From assembly GCF_022539665.2 (NCBI RefSeq), contig NC_081334.1:496001-560000 (forward strand): a stretch of DNA of 64,000 bases. The letters are read 5' to 3'. The position numbers and the translations under genes are program-made. This DNA comes from Daphnia carinata. Taxonomy: Eukaryota. The first letter of the stretch is position 1, and each line of letters begins with the position of its first letter. Under the pieces are notes generated by a model, which saw nothing but the letters and a program-made list of their open reading frames with translations, was not told where the DNA came from and did no database searches. Below, piece after piece: positions 1 to 13,226 of the stretch.

Positions 1-416
1 AGAAAAAAACCATCATCAATCATTCAGACGACGACAGATTTTGTATGGGGCTTGAGGGAAAGAAACATTTCGAGCAATCCAACAAGATGATGAATGACGA
101 CATCAAACGGGAAAACCAAAGTGGAGAGATTCGTAAAACTGAGTAGACACAAGCGGATGCTGGATACCAATGAACATAATGGAACCCAATGCCTCTGACT
201 AAGCAGAAAGTACCCTATTTTTTTTTTTTTTTTTCTTTTTTTTTTAACACAACATCCGACACGAGAAAGTGGACGACACGAATAAATCAAGCCCGGAAAT
301 AGTAAAAAGTAGATAAAATGACTAGCATAGTTCTTTTCTTTTTTTTTTTAATATAAATAAATGGTCGGGACTAAATCGTAATTTAAAAATAATAATAAGA
401 ATAAAATGTAAATCTG

Positions 417-453
<37 letters not shown>

Positions 454-1120
454 GCTGACAGCCGAATTCGACATGGCGTCCATTCTAGCGAACGAACAGG
501 AAACGGGAAGCCGACAAAATGCGAACGACAACAAAGCAAACTATCAGTAACTAAATTTCTAAAAAAAAAAAAAAAAAAAAAAAAAATTTAATAAATAAAA
601 AAAAAAGGGGAAACACAGAAGTGCGACGTATGACGAACAAAAAAAAAAAGATGTGTCATAAAACAGAACATTGTGAACGACAAAAGAAGAGGAAAAGAAA
701 AGAGCGTAAAAGAATAGTTAGATATGTTTGGTAGATACCTGTCGATACATCAGCGGCATTCCCTTTGTTTTATTTAATGAAACGCAAAAATTGGAAAAAA
801 TAAATTGAAAAAAAAAAAAAGAAAAGAAAAAACGGAAACGAAAGAGAAAGAGAGAGAGAGATGAGTTTTAGACGGAGAAAGTGTCGGAATTCAGTTGGAA
901 ATAGATAAAGCAGAAAACGGTGGAGAAACTCAGGAAATCAACAAAGACACGAAAAAAAAAAAAATAAAATAAAATAAAAATAAAATAAAAATCTTATGGA
1001 TAAAACCCTTTTTTGTTTTTTGTTTTTTGTTTTTGTTTTTGGCTCAAACTGATTACTACGGCGCATGTATGTCATCCAAACGAAACCGAGTATAGAGCGG
1101 AGGGTAGAGGGAAGACGTAC

Positions 1121-1165
<45 letters not shown>

Positions 1166-1190
1166 ACGGGATATTTTTGTGCGCGCTCAC

Positions 1191-1995
1191 CTGTGATGCT
1201 GCAGAGGAGCCGCAACGTGGGCGTATCGCCGCTGTACTGGTTGATCATCCCGCGGGCAGCGGCTTGCGGTACGGGGATCGTCAAGGTAATAGGCCTGTGG
1301 AACTTTCTCCTGCGGGGCTCCACCGTCACGATGGGCGAGACGGCCACCCGGTTGCCCAGCAGTTTCACCACCAGTTCCGGTTGTATCGGTTGCGCCTGTT
1401 TTACATAAATTTCAGTGCCCGGGTGGAATTAAATTTACAAAAAGAAAAAAAAAAAAAAAAAGAAAAACCAACAGAAGCAACAAAAAAAAAAAAAAAAAAC
1501 GAAATGGGGTTACACACAAACACCCTGGTCCGGTATTTTTTTCTTTTTCTCTTAAATTTTGTTTTTGTTTTAGTTTTTTTTTTTTTTTTTTTTTTTTTTT
1601 GCTTTGTACTGCGTGTGATTGGGGATATTGTACGTGTGTGTATGTGTATGTCTTTCGTGAGTTGAAATGGAGATCATGGAGGGGAGGCATTTCTTTGTTC
1701 TAAAAAAAAAAAAACTATGACTATCGAAATTGCTTTTGATTAAGACTGGCGCTTCTATCCCGTCATGTCCCGACATTCCTACATTGCAATGGCTGCATCG
1801 TGAAAAAAACAAAAAACAAGATGTCGACAGAAAAAAACAAACAAAGAGAATCCTTATTAACAAACTGCACTCGTTGGGGCAGTCTGAAGCCAATTAAAGG
1901 AACAGAGAGGGGAGGGAGAAAAGGTGTGCGTCACGTGTCAAAAGCAACATGCAGCAGCCTCGAAGCCAATTCGAATGATACCCAAAAATATCCTT

Positions 1996-2029
<34 letters not shown>

Positions 2030-5000
2030 ATTTAAAAATGATAATAATATGAAAAGCCAAACCACCGGACATACGAGAGACAGACAGCCATGCTTTTTAA
2101 AAGCTAATAATAATTTTTTTAAAAAATGAATCAGTTTCAAATCATTGTTTCTTACAATTGAAATGTTGGTCAATCATTACATTTTCCTAATTCTTTTTTT
2201 CTTTCTTTCTTTTCCTATTTTTGATTCTTTTCTTTTAGTGAAAATGTTAAAGAGGATAGGAGGATATGGGTATTGATTAGTAAGGTCAAGTCTCGCACCT
2301 GGATTTGGTCCATTTTATTGAAAATCCCGATGTTCCAAAAGCGATACATTCCAGTTAATAGACATTGAAAGAGTTAGTTTTAAGATGATGGGAAAAAAAA
2401 AAAGAGAGAGAAAAAGAAGATGAGCGTTAAAAGAAATGAAAAAAGAATTTGCATAATGTTTCCGGAATTGAGGAGAATTCGATTTTTTTGTTGTTGTTGT
2501 TGTTGTTGTAGTTGTTGAAAAATTACGAAATAAAGTACAACGCGTGCGGAAACTGGCGCATTTACGAAAAAAAACAAAACAAATTCGGTTCAATTCATTA
2601 ATTTTTAAATTCCCAATTGTCGATATGCCTTTCCAAATACGACCAAACTGAAAAGCGTTCCGATAAACGCTTGTTACACTAGTTGAAATCCACGAAAAGA
2701 AAATAATAAATAATAAAAAATAAGTTCATGTTTCAATTGATCTCAAATCAACTGGCCGGAACATTATCTCTCGCATCTCTTCCCTGCTTTACCCATTTCG
2801 AAATAAAAAACAAAAATCTACTAGCAAACTTCAAAGACGATTACAAGTGAAAAAAACAGAAAAAAAAAAAAAAAAAAAAATCTACAATTCTCAAAGTACG
2901 ACGATATCTGTAAGGGGGGGGTAAACGAAAAAAAAAAAAAAAAAAATGAAATATGGATTTGTTGTTTGATCACGGGGTAACCAGTCATCCAGATATGTTT
3001 GAAGGCAACTGTTATCTTACGTTCACCCCGCAAAAATACCTTACATTTTACATTTATGAAGCACACGACGATGATAGGTTAGAAATTCTTTTGTTAGTTT
3101 CCTTTTTTTTTTTTTTTTTTTTTTTTTTTGAACCGAAAAGATTTCAAAGAAAAAAGCCAGTTCCAGTAGTTAAAGAGTCCCAAAAAAATAAAAGCCAAGC
3201 AAGAGAGCCATAAAAAAACCGAAAGAAGAAGAGAAAAGAAGACGAAAAAAAAAATACATATATATATATATATAAAAATACCAATGAAGAAACTACCAGA
3301 AGCAAAATGCAGTCATTCCGAAAGCATGCAAATTATGAGCACACCAGACTGTTTGCCTCGCATGAGATCATCGACCCCGTTCTCCCCGAAAGCTACTGAA
3401 GATTTTTTCATTGAGTCGAGTGTTTTTTGGGGAGAGAGAGAAAGAGAAGTCGGATGTTTTTTGTTTTTTTTTTGTTAGGTTCGAGGTTATACATTTGAAA
3501 CTATGACCTAAAAAAAAAAAAAAAAGAAAATAGAAAGAAAAAAAAAAAAACAACAAAAAGAACGCAAGCGAAAAAAAAAAAAATGTTTTGTTATAAGAAT
3601 AAATAAGTAAATAAACTTCTGTCGCCATTTTTGATTGGAGAATAGATTCTAAACGCTTTCAAGAAATGAGAAACCCCCCCCCCCCCCAAAAAAAAAAATA
3701 AAAAAATAACTAAATAAATAAAAATGGAAAAAGATCTGGCAAATATCGAAGGCAGGAACGTTTCATTTTTGACACGAGAGACCCTAGAGGGCAAAAGAGA
3801 CACTTCCCCATTGAATCCTTCTACCTTTAAGGTTGTGACTAGACGCATTGGCGGGGGGTGGAGTGGACTAGAAAATTGATACAAAACGTAAAGATCCCCT
3901 CTGATTCGATCTAAAATCAAACAAGAAGAAACTACCACTGACCTACTAGAGAGCTAAAAATAAAAAAAAGACTATCGATCTAGTAGGAAATGATGACGAT
4001 GAGATAGAAATGGGAAAGAAAAATTGAGAGGGCAGTGCTTCTTTTAATGAGAGGATGGGTGGGGGGCGGAGGGAGGAGAAAGGGAGGGAGTTGGTTCTAT
4101 TCGATCGTTTTTCTACCAGATGAGAGAGAATCGCTTCTTTTTGGGGATGTGATTGACGGTGATCTTTTTCCACGGTCCAGAGTAGTTAGGTCGCAATTTG
4201 GCCAGATTTACCTGCAGTCCCACTTTGATCTTCTTGGTGAGTGCGCCCGGCGGGAAGACGGCCTGCACTTGGGGCACGACCGAAGACGAGACCATACCAC
4301 CGTCGGGACCAATGGCGTGGACTTCTTGGCGGACGCGGGACACGATAGCAAAGTACTGCGGGAAATCCGTCGTCAAAATGCGGGTGATTCGGTGCGTGTT
4401 CATGTCCTCCAGCTGGCCCATATCTGCACATCCATTTCCGGATCCACCATTTTTTAAAATTATTATTATACGAAAAAAAAAAAAAAAAAAAGAAGAAATT
4501 CAAATTTCGAAATTCATTCAGAACTCACCTTCGCCGTCGAAACTTTCATTCAGAACTTCCTGGACAGCTTCTTCGGTCGCTTCCAGCGTGTGCTCCCTCC
4601 ACGTTTCGCCATTGTCGCTACGCAAAACGATGATCTCGCGCTCCTTCCCGCGCAGAGCGGCAAAATGCGGAACTTCAATAATAACAGGGCTGCCAAAAAA
4701 AAAAAAAAAAAAAGATTTATTTTATTTTTTTTAAATAATTATTTGAACTTGTTCAGTGACATAGTCGACGTACCCAAGGAATTTAGCGGCAGTGGGTCCC
4801 AATTCCAGGATGCGGCTGGCCAAAGCCTCGCCTTCCATCAACGGCGGGGGGTGTACCAATTTGTCGCGCTTCAGGTAACGACAGGTGATGCGCATTGGGC
4901 ACGGAGCCTTACGGGGCGGGATGATGACACGGACGCCGCTATGGCGACATCCACGCATCGCTCCACCGCGAGCATCAACCATAAAGCTGACCAAAAACCT

Positions 5001-5548
5001 AAAGGAGAAAAAAAAACAACAAGGGAATCCAATGAAATCGCCGCTTTGTGGTGCGGTGGCGAAGGGCTCTGATTTAATTATTATTTTTTTTTTTCTTAAA
5101 TGAAAGCCCCCCGCACTTCCGACACGAAACATTGAAAGCCGATGATCAGCGAAAAACCCCGCCGGATATGCAATCCGGACGGAGAGGCGTGTAACTGAAA
5201 CTCAATGAAAACCAGAGAGAACAACATCAACTAAATACAACTACAACTACTAATTTTTTTTTTTTTTTGTTTCTTTTACCACCACAGATGAGAATGAAAA
5301 TTAAAAAAAAAAAAAAATAATAATAATAATGTTTACCTAAACATATTGTTAAACGCTATCGTCTAAGGTTATCAACGTCAAAAGAAAGCGATTATGATTT
5401 CAATGGACGTTTTATAAAAATAAAAAAAAAATAAAAAACTAGGCTGTTAAACAACACAGAGATACTACCGTCAAATACAGTTCAGACTGTAAACGAGAGC
5501 GCGCATGCAAGATGACTACGACGAAGAATTTCGAAAAAAAAAAAATAA

Positions 5549-5579
<31 letters not shown>

Positions 5580-6127
5580 AAGACATGAACGGGCGAAAGG
5601 CCCGCCATATTGTTTCGATCCACTTACGTTTTCCATTTAAGTCCCCTGTTAGAGAAGTAGCGTGGCAAAAAAGGGTAGGAAAAAGAAACAGATGGCGTGT
5701 TTTGTTATTTAGAAAATGTTAGTTTACATTAGTTCATGATCAACATGTCTTAAGTCGTTAGCGGTGGCACCACCGTAGCAATACGGAAGTAATAAATTTT
5801 GTAGCGTTTAATTAGTGACATTAAGCAATCCCCGAAAGCCAATCCAAATCAAATGCTGCAAAGAATCCGATCTCCCTTTTGTTTTTGTTTTTTTGCTGTG
5901 AGTTTTGGCGCACGCGCACACGGTTAATTCGATATCGTTGACATTTTGTTAATAAAGCACAAAACGGAGGCAAAAATAAAAATAAACAAAAAATAAAATA
6001 AACCAAGATGATATTTGCCAACCTGGAACGCCACATTGCCGTACCCTTGGATGCCAACGACAACAGGGAGTCGTCTAGTACGCTGGGATGGCTGGGGGAG
6101 TTGGTAGTACGGAGTGTTTTGGGGAAT

Positions 6128-6160
<33 letters not shown>

Positions 6161-6466
6161 GGTTTGGTTTGTGTGAGCAGATTCATTCAGGCCGGGCAAA
6201 ACAAAATAAATTAGAAAAATTATACATTAAAAAAAAAAAAAAAGAAAAAGAAATGGCAGTGTCAAGTTGCATTGCGCGTCACGATTGAAACCCCAGTGCC
6301 AGCAAAGCAGCAGCAGCAAGTTTCCGTCCGTGTAACATCAGAATGATCCCTCTCCAAACAAAAACAAAACGAGCGGCGAAAAAAACAAACAAAAAAACAA
6401 GGGGAGAGTGGACAGCCCGCAGTGACAATCTGACACCACCACTTTAATACACAGCCCGGTATTAAG

Positions 6467-6497
<31 letters not shown>

Positions 6498-9400
6498 CAC
6501 GGACTGATGGAAAGAGTAAACACAAGACAGGGAGGCACGAAAAGAATCTTCCCAGATGTGACGGGACAAAGAACCACACGAACGGACATGCCCTTATATG
6601 AAAACCGTGCAAATCAAATGACTGTGCATGTGTGCGCCTCAGTAAAACTGAACAAACTCCTGGTCATCCCCGATTTGTGTGACACACCACTTACAAAAGT
6701 ACGAGTGGAAAAAGGAAAAAAAGAAGAACACAAATCAAAACAATTGCCGGCTATAAAAATCCATCTCTTCCTTTACAAATGTCATCGCTCCGTTCTTTCG
6801 ATTGAAGCTTTAAAAAAGAACAAAAAAAAAAAAAAAAGACTCGCTCTTCAATCAGCGCCTCTTTTGTGTGTTGTGTGTGACGGCACGTCAGCATTGCTCT
6901 CATGCGCGCTTAGCATTCATTAAACAAAAATGGATTTTCTTTTTGTTTTGTTTGATTTCTAAAAATTCAGAAGATAAAAAAAAAAAAAAAAAAAAAAAAA
7001 AGATCTTACCCGATGCTGACTGGCTGGCGTGCCAGATCGACGTTATCCGGCGCGTAATTACCGCTGAACTGGGCGTATCCTTCTTTGGCCGCCAGGATGG
7101 ATTCCTCAACTGAAATTCATTTTTTTTAACGTCACATTATTATTATTATCATTGTTTTAAATTATCTTCAAATCAAATCGAATTTAACTCCAAAAAAAAA
7201 AAAAAAATGAAGGGAAACAAAACGACGGAAAGTAAAAAGAAAAAACGCGTTGATTTGATTTACCACCAGAATTACGGCGATCCTCGCCCATTCCATCCAT
7301 CGGCATCGAGTCGTCGCCCAGTGATTTCATCTCGTCGACAGTCAGGTAGCGATAAGATTGGTCGCCCATGACGCCGTCCTCGCCACCTTCATCCTCCGAG
7401 TCGGACATGAACGTCTCCTGCATCGTTTCGGGCGCCTGGACGCGGTACTTTTCCTCGATGATGGTCGTCGTCGTCGTCGTAATCGTCGTCTCCGTCACCA
7501 CCTTCAGCGTCTCGATGACGGTGATGTAGCCCAGCTTCTGAGCGATCGACAGGGCCGTCTGACCCTGCGTTGTGATGGCGTTCGGCGTCGCTCCGCTCTC
7601 CAACAGCAGATTGACGATCATCGGGTGGCCTTGCTGGGCGGCCTGGTGCAGCGGGGTGTAGCCTTGACTGGTGACGGCATCGATCTGGCTCTGGTGGCCC
7701 AGCAAGAAGCGCACCATATTCATCTGGCCGAAATGGCAAGCGACGTGAAGTGGAGTGTACCCGCTCTGTGTTCCATGAGCAAATAAACAAAACAAAACGT
7801 GATTTAAAAAAAAAAAAAAAAAAATCACGAGTCATCGAAGGGCAAAACATTTAAAAACTTTGGTCTTGTTGTTTTTAATATTCAAAAAAAAAAAATAAAT
7901 AAATAAATATTATATGTAGTACTTATAGTACCTTCGTCTGGGCGTTGATTTCGGCATTGTTCTTGACCAAAATGGCGGCCACGTTGACACGATCTTCTTG
8001 GGCGCATAGATGGAGCGGTGTCAATCCATTCTTGGCCTCGTAGTTGGCGTCCGCCTGGTGCTCAATCAACAACGTCGACATGTCCGTGTGACCCTCCTGG
8101 GCGCTGAGGTGGAGCGGCGTGAAACCGGCCTTGGACTCGGCGTTCGTCTGGGCGCCGTATTCCAGCAGCGTCGTGGCAATGTCCATCTGTCCGACAACAA
8201 CAACAACAAAAACCAAAAGAAAAATACGATGGCTGTTAATTAGATGGCCGCGCATAAAAAACAAAAAAAAAACAAAAAAAACAAACAAAAAAAAAACAAA
8301 AGATTAATAGAGAATTTCCAGTTCGACTGACTTGATTCTTCTTAGCGGCGATGTGAAGCGGAGTGTATCCGTTCTTGGCCGAGGCGTGAGGAGAGGCTCC
8401 CTTATCCAGCAGGAGCAAAGCCACGCTCTGGTGATCGTAGTGGCTGGCCACGTGCAATGGAGTAACGCCGTTCTATATTAGCAAACGTTTCAAGAAAAAG
8501 GTACAACAATAAATAGAAAGATAAAGCCTTCGATAACTGAAGTCCCCCCTTTTCCTTTAAAAAGGAAGGAGATGACGCAACGTTTGATTTGGGCTCATCA
8601 TACTTTGCCCTGGGCATCAACCGGAGCGTCCTTCTGGATGAGCAATTTCGCCACTTTGATGTTGCCGTATTTGGCGGCCAAGTGCAGAGGTGTGAACCCG
8701 CGTTTGGTGGCCGCCGTGTTGTTGGCTCCGTGCTCCAGCAGGACGGCCGCAACTTCATCCTGACCCTCCTTGGCCGCGATGTGGAGCGGCGTGTACATGT
8801 CTTTGGTGATGGCGTCCAAATCGGCTCCGTGCTGGAGCAAGAGCATGACAATGTCGACATTGCCCAGTCGGGACGCAATGTGCAACGGAGTTTGTTGTTC
8901 CTATAATTTATCGGAAATCATTTAAAAATAACGACCAAGTTTAAAATGTAACGATGTTTGTTTGTTTGTTTTTTTTTCCGCATATGTTTCATTTTTTCAA
9001 TTAAAATTTGTTCAATTTTTTTTACCCTCGCACGGGCGTCGACTTGGGCGTTATTGCGGAGCAGGATGCGCACAATGTCCGTCTGATTGGCTCTGGCGGC
9101 CAAATGGAGCGGAGCTTCGCCGCGCATCGTCGGCGCGTTGGCGTTGGCGCCATGCTGCAGCAGGTAGATGACAATGTTCATGCAGCCCATAAAACTGGCA
9201 ACGTGCAGAGGTGTCAATCCCGACTGAATCAAAGTACAAAGTCAACAATGAATTTCGATTTCACGCACCAACCCGACCCGAATAATAAAGAAAGAAATAA
9301 AAACATTTGATTCATTCATTTTTTTTTTTTTTTTCTTTCTTTTTTCCTATACCTCCGTTGTGGCTTCGATGGAAGCGCCGTGTTTGAGGAGCAGCTCGAT

Positions 9401-10681
9401 GACTTTGATGCGGTTCTTTTTGCAGGCGATGTGGAGAGGAGTGAATCCGTTGAGGGCCCGCGAGTTAGGATCGGCCTTGCGGTCGAGGAGCAGCTTGGCG
9501 ACGCGGACGTGTCCGCAGTGAGCGGCTACGTGCAAGGCCGTCAGATAGTCGACTGTGACTTCGTCGACGGGCGCTTTGTGGTGGAGGAGAATGCGTCCGG
9601 CGTCGACGTGGTCACCTTGGGCCGCCATGTGCAGAGGCGCCAGGCCGTTCTTGGTCTTGCTGGAGATGGGAGCTCCGCGCTCCAGCAGCAAGTCGACGAC
9701 GGACTCGTGGCCGGAACGAGCTGCGCAGTGGAGTGGCGTCAGACCGTCGCGAGTCTTGGCCTCCAGCTGAGCGTGTCGGTCCAGCAGCAAAGCGGCCATG
9801 TTGGCTTTACCCCATTTAGCTGCCACGTGTAGCGGAGTGATGTGATGCTATTCATTTTATTTTCATCCAAATTTTTCCAAAACATTAGAGAGAGAAAAAT
9901 GATTAGTTAAAAGATACAATTCATCATCATCATCTTTCCGGCCGTTCATTGACGTCCTTTTACCTTTGCCAGGTAGTTGACGTCGGCGCCCTTTTGAACG
10001 AGTAGACTTGCAATATTCTCATTGCCGTAGTGAGCTGCAATGTGCAGCGGAGTGAAGCCGCTCTTGGACGTCACGTCGGGATTGTGATCGCTCTACAATT
10101 TTTTTTTTTTTTTAAATCAGAATAAGCAATTGGTAAGAAGAGCAGTTCATTAAAGGGCTAAAACAGAAGTGGTCCGGAAGAGTTTCCTATTTCTGTTCAA
10201 AGATGGCGTTGTTTTTTTTTGTTTTTTTTTAAGTACCTGGAGTAGTAGAGCGGCCGCTTTGCAGTCGTCTTTTTTGGCGGCAATGTGCAGGGCCGGCAGG
10301 CGCACTTTGCCCCTCGTGTCGTTCTCCAATAGGACGGACACGACCTTGTCGTGTCCCTGCTGCAGAGCGACGGCCAGCGGAGTGAATCCGTCCTCGGTGG
10401 CCAGGCTCTGATTAGCTCCGTTGGCCAGCAGGAAGCGGACGACGCCGTCGTGATTCTCCTGGGCCGCCATGTAGAGCGGAGTGAACCCATTTTGCGACTG
10501 GACGTTGACGGACGCGCCTTGAAGCACCAAGATCTTGACTACTTCCTCCTGTCCAGCTGGCATGTCAAACAGATATTCAAGATACCAGATAAAAAAAAAA
10601 GTTATTTGATTTAGTCCAACACAAATAGGGAAAGCTACATTCAAAAACATGATGTCAACAAGGAGCCATATGGCAGCCATT

Positions 10682-10715
<34 letters not shown>

Positions 10716-13192
10716 AAATCAAAATTCTTGTTGAATCATCGTTTTCAAGTGGAGAAAAGACGAAGGACGCAGTCAAACAAGAAAAGATGACGGCATGCGT
10801 AGGGGGGGGGGGGGGGGTGCGCTCTATTGAGCCAACTTAAATATGCCGGCGAGAAAAAGAGCTTGTGGATGTTGAACAGTGACGTCATTGGACGGAACGA
10901 GATGTTTTTTTTGTTTTTTTTTTTTTTACCGAGTGATGCGATGTGCAGGGCCGTGTTTCCCTTCTTGGTGGCGGCATCGACGGCAGCTCCGCGCTTCAAT
11001 AATTCCGTCACGACGTCGACGTGCCCTTCCTTCGACGCCAGATGCAGAGCGTTCAATCCATTCTGAAGTCAAAGAAACCAAAGAAACCAAAAAAAAAAAA
11101 AAAAAAAACAAAGTGAAAATCAATATCAACACCTTTTACATTACCACATCACAAACAAAAAACAAACAAAAAACAAAAAAAAAGGGGGGAGGGAGGGAGG
11201 AAGGAAAGGGTGGGCCACTTGTTTCTTTACGCAAATCCCGATGCCAATCGTCATCGGATACGTTCCACCGCAATATCGATTTCGTTTCGGATTCCTCTCT
11301 TTCCCCCTACCCCTTACCTTTCTTCTTATCTCGCCAACCCTCCCTACACCCTCGGTTTTCTGGTTGGCATTTATTTCTTTTCTTTTTTTTTTTTTTTTTC
11401 ACAAGAAGATTAGCACCGACATTGATTACGAAACATATATCCATAGCAGACGCGCAACTAAATCATAACACACAGTCTGTTGTGTTCGAAAACACGCGTG
11501 ACGGTCGGCTAGTTGGGGTGGAAACAACCCATGACCGACGAGGGGGGTGATTTTCCCCCATCTTTTTTCTTTCAATGACGATACTCCCTTTTTTTTAGTT
11601 TCTTCTTTTTTTTTTTTTTTTTGCCTACACCCAACACTAACCCCCGTCAATTCTAGCCGATCGTGCATGCACAATTCGATGGGGGGGGGGGGGGGGACCA
11701 ACATGGCGCTTTTTAGCTCCGCGTTCCGACTCATTTATAATCGAACTGGTGGCAGCAGAGTTCTTCTTTTCTCTTTTTGTATTGTTATTATTATTATTTT
11801 TCAAGAGGAGAACAGTAGTGGTGAGGGGGGGGGGGTACACTACACCCGATGGCGACGACAAGTATTGATTGCCCCCCCCCCTCTCTCCCTTCTGCCAGCA
11901 GGACGCGCTCGCAACAAAAGGCAAGAAAAAAAAAAAAAAAGAAAAAAAAGAAGAGGAGATGGCAATCGAAAAACAAACGGCAGCATGGCACAAACGGTGA
12001 TGACATTTTCCAGCAGAGTTGCATTTGAGCTTTTTTTATCAATTCGCGCAGTAATGGCGTCTCGTTTAGCCACTCCGGCAGATGGAACAAAGAGGGGGAA
12101 AAGAGAAAAAAAAAAAAATAAATAAAATGTTCTTCGTTCGTTTGTTATTTCGCCTTAATGTTTTTCGTTTGCCCGTTTCCCTTGTCTGCACACATACGTC
12201 AGCCCCACCCTGGACCCACCCTTTAACCCAAGGTAGTGTGTTTGTGTGTTGCTGAATAGAATAAGAATGAGAAGAAGAAGAAGAAAAAAAAAAAACAAGG
12301 AGGGGAAAGGGTGAGGGGGGGGGGATAGGATAGGAGGGAGGAGAGGTGGATCGATAATTTTATTGCAGTTGCCAAGACGCGGATTCGTTTTGGCAAACGC
12401 GCGTTCGGGAAACAGTTGGGCGTTAAAAATGGCGGCTTTTTGGTAGGAAAGAGAAAGGGGAGGAAATGAATTGGTAAGTTTTTATAATATTTATTTTATT
12501 TATTTTTTTTTTGAATAAAATGAAATTTACCGCGTTGCTGGTGTTGATGTCGGTGTTGTTCTTCAAATGCTCGAGGACCTTGTCCAGGTGACCGTCGCGT
12601 GCCGAACGTAAGAAACCGGCTTTGGCGTCCGACTGGAAAGTAAGAAACGAATCAAAAAGAAAAAGAGTTTGTTATTTTCGTTTTGTTTTTTTTTGTTTTT
12701 TTTTTTTGTTGTTGTTGTTGTTTGTTGTGTTGTGTTTTTTGTTTTGTTTTTTCTTTCGTGATTCTCTAATCGTGATGAACTGGAGAGGAAGAAGAAGAAA
12801 GAAAGAAAAAGAAAAAAGGGGGAAGGGGAAGGCAATTGAGACACACTGGTGGAAAAGATGAAGAGAACAAGATAAAGAGAACACAAATATTAAGAGGGAT
12901 ATGGGGGGGGGGGGGTACCACAGGAGTCGGAACTGTTCGTTCCGTATCCGTTCCGTCTATATCCACGAGATTAACACACACACACATACACACACACATA
13001 CAAATAAATAAATAATAAATTTCTTCCACCCCCCCCCCCCGAAAAAAAAAAAAAAAAATCCATACTAGAGTGGGAATACGGCTTATAATGAGGGATTGTT
13101 GTGTTCGTGAGAGAAAGAACAAAACAGAATAAGAACACACGAGAGAAACGAAGAAGAAGTGGATTACAATCAGTCGGGTCGACGTTGTACGG

Positions 13193-13226
<34 letters not shown>

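Noticed and set aside
5337..5362. Possible 26-nt poison microexon (tag|ACGATAG...TTTAG|gtaaac) in the Ank2 linker intron
   Set aside because: Weak pyrimidine tract and an immediate stop; indistinguishable from a chance AG...GT pair without RNA data.
7460..7500. (ACG)n-like Thr run [11 protein letters not shown] in ankyrin
   Set aside because: Part of the normal Thr-rich segment after the last ANK repeat in arthropod Ank2-type proteins, not a repeat expansion.
7358..10614. Plus-strand ORFs of 60-150 aa overlapping the ankyrin exons
   Set aside because: Antisense shadows of GC3-rich coding exons; no recognisable products.
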